This document shows, piece after piece, positions 56,614 to 64,000 of a stretch of 64,000 nt of DNA. The stretch is from Candidatus Eiseniibacteriota bacterium (GTDB lineage Bacteria > Eisenbacteria > RBG-16-71-46). The position numbers and the translations under genes are program-made. A model generated the notes under the pieces. It searched no databases. It saw nothing but the letters and a program-made list of their open reading frames with translations, and was not told the DNA's origin. Position 1 is the stretch's first letter. Every line of letters begins with the position of its first letter. Location: assembly GCA_963725865.1 (NCBI GenBank), contig CAVSAC010000010.1, positions 800,001 to 864,000 of the forward strand, in the 5' to 3' direction.

Positions 56614-58896
56614 GTGAGCGCTCGCCCGCCAACCGTCCACACGCCGTTCGCGTCGTACATCCCCGCCGAGGCCCGGCTGCCCGAGTTCAGCGCCCGCGCG
56701 CTGATCCTGGGCACCCTGCTGGGCGCGGTGTTCGGCGCCTCGTCGCTCTACCTGGTGCTCAAGGTGGGGCTGACCGTCAGCGCCTCGATTCCGGTGGCGG
56801 TGATCTCGGTCATCCTGTTCAAGTTCGCGCACGTGTTCGGGGTCAAGGACGCCAGCATCCTCGAGAACAACCTGGTGCAGACCGCCGGCTCGGCCGGCGA
56901 GTCGATCGCGTTCGGCGTGGGCGTGACGATGCCGGCGATCATGATCCTCGGGTTCGACCTCGAGCTGACCCGGGTCGCGCTGGTGGCGGTGCTCGGCGGA
57001 CTGCTCGGCATCCTCATGATGATCCCGCTGCGGCGCGCGCTGATCGTGCAGCAGCACGGCAAGCTCAAGTACCCGGAGGGCACCGCGTGCGCCGAGGTGC
57101 TCAAGGCCGGCGCCTCCGAGGAGTCGCGCGCGGCGGCGTCGGTCGAGGCCAAGGCGGCCGAGCTGGTGGGCCCGCAGCGCGGGCTGTCGGCGCGCACCAT
57201 CTTCACCGGCTTCGGCGTCGGCCTGGTGTACAAGGCGGCGATGTCGGCGTTCCGCGGCTGGAAGGACGTCCCCGAGCGCATCTTCAGCAAGCCGTTCACG
57301 GCCGGCTCGATCTCGGCCGAGATCTCGCCCGAGCTGCTCGGCGTCGGCTACATCATCGGCCCGCAGATCGCCTCGATCATGTGCGCGGGCGGCGTGCTCG
57401 CGTACCTGGTGATGATCCCGATGATCAAGTTCTTCGGCGAGCACATCACCGGCCCGCTCGCCCCCGGCACCATCCCGATCGCCGACATGGGTCCGTCGCA
57501 GATCCGCAGCGCGTACGTGCTCTACATCGGCGCCGGCGCGGTGGCCGCGGGTGGCATCATCTCGCTGGCGCGCTCGCTGCCCACCATCTGGCACGGGCTC
57601 AAGGAGGGCCTGCGCGACGTCACCGCCGTCCGCGGCGCCGCCGACCCGCACCGCACCGAGCACGACCTGCCCATGAACGTCGTGTTCATCGGCATCCTGG
57701 CGCTGGTGGCGGCGATCGTGTTCGCCAAGCCGCTCCACATGAATCTGCTCGGCGCGATCCTGATCGTGGTGTTCGGGTTCCTGTTCGTCACCGTGTCGTC
57801 GCGCCTGGTGGGTGAGATCGGCTCGTCGTCGAACCCGATCTCGGGCATGACCGTGGCGACGCTGCTGCTCACGTGCCTCATCTTCCTGGCGGTGGGCTGG
57901 ACCGGCGGCCTCTACTACGTGACCGCGCTCTCGGTCGGCGGCATCGTGTGCATCGCGGCCTCCAACGGCGGCGGCACCTCGCAGGCGCTCAAGACCGGCT
58001 TCCTGGTCGGCGCCACTCCGCGCTACCAGCAGATCGCGATCCTGGTGGGCGCCTTGTTCTCGTCGCTGCTGCTCGGGCCCATCCTGCTCAAGCTGAACGA
58101 GTCCGCCACCGTGTACGTGCCGATCGCGCAGGTCGCCCCGGCCGGGCTGTCCACGGACGTGTCGAAGCTCGCGAAGACCGACTGGATCCGCGGCGCACAG
58201 GCCGAGGCCACGCGCACGACCTACCACGTGTGGCAGAAGACCGACGACATCGGCGCGCCCGCCGGCAAGTACCTGGTCAACGACGCGGGCGCCGCGGTGT
58301 GGCTCGCCGACCCGGGCATCAACGGCACGTTCACGAAGCGGCCCGACGGCACCCCGGTGCGCAAGTTCGACGCGCCCAAGGCGACGCTGATGTCGTACAT
58401 CATCAAGGGCATCCTCGACCGCCATCTGCCGTGGGGGCTGGTGCTGTTCGGGGTGATGATCGCGGTGGTGCTCGAGATGTCGGGCATCCCGTCGCTGGCG
58501 TTCGCGGTCGGCGTCTACCTGCCGCTCTCGTCGTCCTCGCCCATCCTGATCGGCGGCTGGGTGCGCTGGCTGGTGGACCGCAAGCTCCGGAAGGACCTCG
58601 CGCACCACAACCTGACCGACGAGCAGATGGCGGCCGAGGCCGACAAGAGCCCGGGCGTGCTGCTCGCGTCGGGCTACATCGCCGGCGGCGCGATCGCCGG
58701 GATCATCATCGCGTTCGTGACCGGCGGCATGGAGAAGCTCGACGCGAAGCTCGCGGCGTGGGCGGGCGCGCACAATCCGTTCTTCAACGGCCCGCACGCC
58801 GACCTGCTCTCGCTGATCCCGTTCGCGCTGCTGAGCGGGCTGCTGCTGTTCACGGGCTGGGAGATGGTGCTGGCCAGCAAGAAGGCCCGGGCATGA
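56614..58896 (+). CDS. OPT-family oligopeptide transporter
   Basis: GAGGAGG RBS before GTG; 'LKVGLTVSASIP', 'ENNLVQT.GSAGES', 'YPEGTAC', 'SSNPISGM', 'APKATLM'. Confidence 0.95.
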   Translation: MSARPPTVHTPFASYIPAEARLPEFSARALILGTLLGAVFGASSLYLVLKVGLTVSASIPVAVISVILFKFAHVFGVKDASILENNLVQTAGSAGESIAFGVGVTMPAIMILGFDLELTRVALVAVLGGLLGILMMIPLRRALIVQQHGKLKYPEGTACAEVLKAGASEESRAAASVEAKAAELVGPQRGLSARTIFTGFGVGLVYKAAMSAFRGWKDVPERIFSKPFTAGSISAEISPELLGVGYIIGPQIASIMCAGGVLAYLVMIPMIKFFGEHITGPLAPGTIPIADMGPSQIRSAYVLYIGAGAVAAGGIISLARSLPTIWHGLKEGLRDVTAVRGAADPHRTEHDLPMNVVFIGILALVAAIVFAKPLHMNLLGAILIVVFGFLFVTVSSRLVGEIGSSSNPISGMTVATLLLTCLIFLAVGWTGGLYYVTALSVGGIVCIAASNGGGTSQALKTGFLVGATPRYQQIAILVGALFSSLLLGPILLKLNESATVYVPIAQVAPAGLSTDVSKLAKTDWIRGAQAEATRTTYHVWQKTDDIGAPAGKYLVNDAGAAVWLADPGINGTFTKRPDGTPVRKFDAPKATLMSYIIKGILDRHLPWGLVLFGVMIAVVLEMSGIPSLAFAVGVYLPLSSSSPILIGGWVRWLVDRKLRKDLAHHNLTDEQMAAEADKSPGVLLASGYIAGGAIAGIIIAFVTGGMEKLDAKLAAWAGAHNPFFNGPHADLLSLIPFALLSGLLLFTGWEMVLASKKARA

Positions 58897-61677
58897 CCCT
58901 GCGGGTGTCCCTGCTGGGATGCGCGCTCGTGGGCGCGGCGCTGTTCGCCGCGCCCGCGGCGCGTGCGGCCGTATCGGTGGACGGGCTCGCGCTGCCCGAC
59001 ACCGGGCTGTTCGCGACCGTGGCGCAGAGCTACCGCATGGACCTCGAGGCGCTCGCGCGTCTCGACGGCCCCGCACGGGTGCGCTGCCTGATCCGCGTCG
59101 GGCGCGTGGACGAGGCGTGCAGCCTGTCGGTGAGCCACCGGCGCGACGGGCGCGACTGGATGCTCGCGGTCGGCGAGGCGATCTTCGCCCGCGACGGCGC
59201 GCTGGCGCCCGGCGACCGCCAGGCATTCGAGCGCCCCGACGCGACCGACCAGGAGCGCCACATCGGCTACCTCGCGATGCGCGGGTGCGACGAGGGCTTC
59301 CGCATCGCGAGCGCCACCCGTGGGCTGGATCTCTCACCCGGCACCGCGGAGCCGACCCCGGACCTGCTGGCGGCCGGGCGCCTGGCGTACGACCTGCTCG
59401 ACTACGCGCGCGCCGAGTCGTGCGCCACCCGGCTGCTCGAGCGGCTGCCGGCGGCCGTCATGGACCTGCGCGCGGGCGCGCTTCCGAGCCCGATGGCGCG
59501 CGCCAGCGCCCTGAACCTGCTCGCGATGGTGCTGCAGCGGCGCCGCGACTGGGACGGAGCGCTCGCGCGCACGACCGAGGCGCTGGCGCTGGCGCCGTCG
59601 GCGGACGCGCTCGAGACGCTCGCGCAGACGCTGATCCGCCTCGGGCGCACCGACGAGGCGATCCGCGCGGCGCAGTGGGCCGCGGTGCTCGACCCGTACG
59701 CCGCGACCTGCTCGGTGACGCCCGATCCCTCGCACGCGAGCGCCCACTACCTGCTCGGCAACGGCTACGCGCCGAAGAACTACACCGAGCTGCTCGCCGC
59801 CTATCCACGGGCGTTCGCCGACGCTCGCGGCCGCGCGGCACTGGCCGCAGCCGACGCGCAGCTCGCGCACGGCGAGCGCGCCGGCGCGCGCGCCGCGTAC
59901 GCCGCGGTGCTCGCCACCCACCCGGGCTGGGCCGACGCACGCGTGCGGCTCGCGTCGCTCGACTTCGAGGACGCGCGCTTCGCCGAGGCGATCGCCGGCT
60001 GCCGCGCCGCGCTGCGCGCGTGCCCCGAGTACGGCCGCGCGCACGCGGTGCTGTCGCGGGCGCTCGAGGCCAAGCGCTTCGTGGTCGACACCCACCGCCC
60101 GGAGTACGAGCGCCGCTTCGCGGCCACGCCGATGCCCGCGCTGCCCGGCATCGAGCGGTTCGTGGTCAACTGGAAGTCACTCTCGCCGCGCCACCAGAAG
60201 CGCGTCGCGCTCTCGATCGCGCCGTGGAAGGCGTACCTGCCGGTGCTGATCGAGGGCGGCGCCACGCTCTACATCAAGCCGATGTCCATGCGGCTGTCCG
60301 AGTGCCCGGGCCAGGAGGCGCTGCGCGACCAGCGCATCGACTACGACTCGCGGCTGTGGGACGACGTGCGCGGCTGCGGCGGCTACCACACGGTGACCGG
60401 CATCGAGGACGTGGAGCGCACGATCTTCGACCGCTACAACACCGTGCTCCACGAGCTGTCGCACCAGGTGCACGGCGTGCTGCCGTCCGACGACGCGCGG
60501 CGGATCGAGGAGCACTACCGCGCCGCCAAGGCACGCGACGACGCCACCCACGACGGGTTCCTGTCGCGCTACGCCGCCGGCAGCGTGTTCGAGTACTTCG
60601 CCGAGGGCGCCAACGCGCTGGAGTCGCCGCGGCGCGACGCGTTCGACCCGCGCGAGATCGTGCGCGAGCGGCTGGACGCGATCGATCCCGCGCTGCGCAC
60701 GCTGGTCGAGGGGCTGATGGCGCGCACCGACGTGGCCGCCTGCTACCCGGTGGCGTTCGTGAACGCGCGGCGACGACCGCGTCGAGCGCGGCAAGGTCGC
60801 CGAGGCGCTGCCGTTCTACCACCAGGCGCTCACGCGCGCGCCGGCCGAGGAGCGCGCGCACGCGGCTCTCGTCAACGCGCTCGTGCTGGGCGGACGCGGG
60901 CCCGAGGCGCTGGCCGCCGCCGAGCGCGCGCGCCAGGCCCAGCCCGCGAGCGGCGCGGTGCAGGTGGCCGCCGCGCGGGCGCTGTGGTTCGGCGGCCGCG
61001 GGCTCGACGCGGCGATCGCCGCGCTGCAGGCGGCGCGGCCCACGCTGCGCGCCGAGGACCGTCCGGCGCTCGACCGCACGCTCGGCCGGCTCGCGTGGGT
61101 GCGCGGCGACGCGGCGCTCGCAGCCGCCGCGTACGACTCGGCACTCACGCGCCAGTCCGACGACCCCGCCGCGCTGTGGGGCAAGGCGTCGGCGCTGGCA
61201 CTGGGCCTGCACTGGGACGACGCGTTCGCGCTGTACGAGCAGGCGGTGCGCATGCGCACCGGCATCCCCGAGCTGCGCTGCGACTACGCGCGCGACCTGC
61301 TGCGCGCCGGGCGCGCGGACGCCGCCCGCGCGCAGCTCGACGCCGCACGGCTGCTGGACCCCGACGATCCGCAGGCCGAGGCGCTGCGAGGCTGGGCCGA
61401 GCTGGCGGACGAGCGGCCCGACTCGGCCGCCGCGCACGCGGCGCGCGCGCTGGGCGGGGCACCGTGGTGCGACCTCGCGCGCATCGTGCAGGGCCGCGCG
61501 GCCCAGGTGCGCGGGCGCACCGTCGCGGCGCAGCAGGCGTGGGCGCCGGTGCAGGCGCGCATCCGCTCCGGTGCGCCGCCTGCCTACGTCTACCGCCAGC
61601 GCCAGGCGGCGTGGACCGAGGTGCACACGCTGCCCGCGGTCGAGCGCGCATTGCTCGCGGAGTGGGCGGGGCGGTAG
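58893..61677 (+). CDS. Secreted TPR protein with central zinc-metallopeptidase domain (apparent +1 frameshift at ~60767)
   Basis: ATGA overlap with the OPT gene; signal peptide; TPR-like repeats; 'VLHELSHQVH...YAAGSVFEYFAEG'. Confidence 0.78.
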
Positions 61678-61744
61678 CGGGAAACCCAGATGCCGAGGGC
61701 CACGGCACGCGCCGCGGCCTCGGGCGCCGATCCATGCGCACCCC

Positions 61745-63892
61745 TCATCGCACGATCGCCAGCCTCCGGCTCGCGTCGCCCGCGCTCGTCTCGAGCCGCA
61801 CCACGTACATGCCGACCGGCACCGCGTGGCCCGCGTGGTCGCGGCCGTCCCACGTGAGCTGGTGCGGCCCGGCGGCGGCGAGTGGCTCGGCGTGCTCCCA
61901 CACCAGCGCGCCGCGCACGTCGTACACGCGCACGCGCGCCGGGCCCGACTGCGGCAGCGCGTACGCCAGCACCGCGCCCGCGCGAGTCGGATTCGGCCAC
62001 GGCGCCGCCAGCGCCAGGCGCGCGGCGAGCGGCGGCGGCGCGGCGGTGATCGACATCGGCGCGGACATGCCGAGGATCCAGCCATCGGGATCGAGCGCCA
62101 CCGTCGTGGGCGCGGCATCGACGTGGAAGTTGAACGGCTGGAACGCCAGCGAGTCCCACGCCACGAACGTGCGCGGGCCGGCGCCGGTGTTGATCCGCAC
62201 GTCGACCGGCATCCAGAACTTCTGCCACGCCTGTTGCTGGGTGATCACCACGGTCACGTCGTAGCCGCCGATCGCCGACGGCGCGCTGGCCCAGCTGTAG
62301 CCGTACTGCGGGTAGTACTCGCCGTAGAACCACTCGTCGAAGTACTTGGTCAGGTCGCGGCCGCCGACGCTCGCGCACACGTCGCGGAACTGCTCCGTGG
62401 TCGCGGTGCCGTAGGCGTACTGCTCGCCGTACTGGCGCAGCGCCTGGAAGAACAGCGTGTCGCTCATCACGTGCCGCAGCATGTGGAGCAGCCACGCGCC
62501 CTTCTCGTACGACAGGTTGCTGTCGAAGACGCGGTTGTCGTCCAGCTCGTCGGGCGCCCACACGGTGCCGGGGCCGTAGTAGCGGTAGTTCTCCAGGTAC
62601 GCGTGGTACGCCGCGAGGCCGCTCTGCGACTCGGCCCACAGCGCTTCGCAGTACGTCGCGAATCCCTCGTTGAGCCACACGTGGTGGAAGTCGTTGCACG
62701 TGACGTGGTCGCCCCACCACTGGTGTCCCAGCTCGTGCGCGACCACCGACTCCCAGAACCCGCCGAGGCTGGTGAGGGTCTGGTTCTCCATCCCGCCGCC
62801 CCACGTGTTCTGCACTTCGCCGTACTTCTCATCCTGGAACGGGTACGGGCCGAAGCGCGCGGCGTACGCGCCGATCATGCCCTTGACCTTGGCGTTGACC
62901 GCGGCGGCGCCCGCGACGCTCTCGGGGAACAGGTAGAAGTTCAGCGGCATCGAGTCGGCCGGGCTCGGCCGGTACCAGTCGCTCACGGTGGTGAACGCGA
63001 AGCTGGTGACCGCGACCAGGTAGGTGGCGATCGGATGGCGCTCCTTCCAGACCGTGGTCGCGTGCAGCCCGTCGTCGACCGACGACAGCAGCGTGCCGTT
63101 GCCCGCGGTGAGCATTCCGCTGGGCACCCGCACGCGGACGCTGACCGAGTCCGCCTTGTCCTCGGGCGCGTCCTTGCACGGCCACCACTCGCGCGCGCCG
63201 AACATCTCACTCAGCGTCCAGATCAGCGGGGTGCCGCTGTGGGTCTCGAACGAGAACACGGTCCCGAACGCGCCACCGCCGGGCGGGACACCGTGGTACC
63301 AGATCATGAGGTCGACGTTCTCGCCGCTCGCGTAGGCACGATCGAGCAGCACCGTGAGGACCGCGCCGGCGTGCGCGGCGCCGGTCGTGACTCCGGCAGC
63401 CTTCACCGAGTCGACGGTCATGCTGGCCGCGAGATCGAGGTCGAGCGTGGACAGGGGCCCGTCCACCACCGTCGCGCGCATGTGCACCGAGCCGGTGATC
63501 AGGTGCGTCGCCGGCACCAGGTCGAGATCGAGGTCGTAGGTGCGCGCGTCGTAGCGCCGCTGGCTGGGCGTGGCGACGGCGGGCGCCGCGCCGAGCCCGG
63601 CACGCGCCGCCTGGCGGGCGCGGATCTTGTGGAACGCCAGGTACGGCGCGGGCGCATTCTCCTCGATCACGCCACCCGGCCAGCCGGAGGCGTCCGGCGG
63701 CACGTAGATCGGCGCGGCGTGCGCGGCGGTGGCCGTGAGGATCAGCGCGAAGACCGCGAGGGCGATGCATGCGAGCGCCGCTGGGTGAGGCGGCGCGGCG
63801 GCGAGCGCACGGCCGGGCGCGAACCCGAGCACGCGGCGGCGGCGCGACGGAGCGAGGAGCGGCGACGGGGCGCAGGGTGGGATCGGGGTCAC
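61745..63892 (-). CDS. M1-family aminopeptidase with C-terminal FlgD/T9SS-like domain
   Basis: 'GGMENQ', 'HELGHQWWG...WLNEGFATY', 'YEKGAW.LHMLR'; C-terminal 'PNP...VYDVRG...WDGRD..G..V..G.Y'; GTG start 7 nt after TAGAAT. Confidence 0.92.
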   Translation of the reverse strand: MTPIPPCAPSPLLAPSRRRRVLGFAPGRALAAAPPHPAALACIALAVFALILTATAAHAAPIYVPPDASGWPGGVIEENAPAPYLAFHKIRARQAARAGLGAAPAVATPSQRRYDARTYDLDLDLVPATHLITGSVHMRATVVDGPLSTLDLDLAASMTVDSVKAAGVTTGAAHAGAVLTVLLDRAYASGENVDLMIWYHGVPPGGGAFGTVFSFETHSGTPLIWTLSEMFGAREWWPCKDAPEDKADSVSVRVRVPSGMLTAGNGTLLSSVDDGLHATTVWKERHPIATYLVAVTSFAFTTVSDWYRPSPADSMPLNFYLFPESVAGAAAVNAKVKGMIGAYAARFGPYPFQDEKYGEVQNTWGGGMENQTLTSLGGFWESVVAHELGHQWWGDHVTCNDFHHVWLNEGFATYCEALWAESQSGLAAYHAYLENYRYYGPGTVWAPDELDDNRVFDSNLSYEKGAWLLHMLRHVMSDTLFFQALRQYGEQYAYGTATTEQFRDVCASVGGRDLTKYFDEWFYGEYYPQYGYSWASAPSAIGGYDVTVVITQQQAWQKFWMPVDVRINTGAGPRTFVAWDSLAFQPFNFHVDAAPTTVALDPDGWILGMSAPMSITAAPPPLAARLALAAPWPNPTRAGAVLAYALPQSGPARVRVYDVRGALVWEHAEPLAAAGPHQLTWDGRDHAGHAVPVGMYVVRLETSAGDASRRLAIVR

Positions 63893-64000
63893 GCGTGCAA
63901 TTCTACGATGTCCCGATCGGCGAGCACATGGTCTTTGTCGACCTGTTGTCCGTCGAAGCGCGCGTGCCCCCACACTCGCGCGAACCGCAGGTGCGCGGCG

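Noticed and set aside
57873..62264. 1463-aa ORF
   Set aside because: Only 58893 to ~60767 is real coding sequence; the rest is off-frame read-through caused by the frameshift.
1..64000. Many long Arg/Ala/Gly/Pro-rich or antisense ORFs (e.g. 5007-7115, 26149-28824, 32480-34897, 42305-45583)
   Set aside because: Shadow ORFs expected at this GC content; they overlap well-supported genes and have no motifs or RBS.
1..64000. CRISPR arrays, tRNA/rRNA, IS or prophage, defence systems
   Set aside because: No regularly spaced repeats, cloverleaf/rRNA signatures, or transposase, integrase or phage motifs were seen by eye.

Overview
Very GC-rich (roughly 70%+) bacterial DNA with no rRNA, tRNA, CRISPR array or mobile element that I can support. 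A PorV-type gene, FlgD/T9SS-like C-terminal domains, DUF4301 and C-terminal 'TWGxxKxxYR' tails point to an FCB-superphylum candidate lineage such as Ca. Eisenbacteria (inference). The window has three parts. (1) 1-8 kb: an NCS1 transporter, a glyoxylate shunt cluster (ppsR-like, aceA, aceB, divergent RamB/ScfR regulator), a hydrolase and msrA. (2) 8-37 kb: a ~29 kb LacI-controlled glucan-utilisation locus, probably for beta-1,2-glucan. It has GH35, GH94, GH1, two GH144/DUF3131 'glucoamylase-family' proteins, a discoidin/six-hairpin protein and an ABC importer. It also has a SusD-less outer module (CBM9-like protein, TonB receptor, 1100-aa secreted protein, PorV) and two paralogous secreted proteins with a TWGxxKxxYR tail. 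At least three near-identical LacI-type operators are present, one inside a CDS. (3) 37-64 kb: mixed metabolic and peptidase genes. The most striking hidden feature is a secreted thioredoxin-fold/TPR-like protein with an in-frame UGA exactly at the first Cys of its CxxC motif (WAPW-U-HTC), followed by a hairpin: a probable selenoprotein that the ORF caller split. Six single-base insertions break four genes and look like sequencing errors. Five genes look leaderless (TAnnnT 6-8 nt before the start codon).
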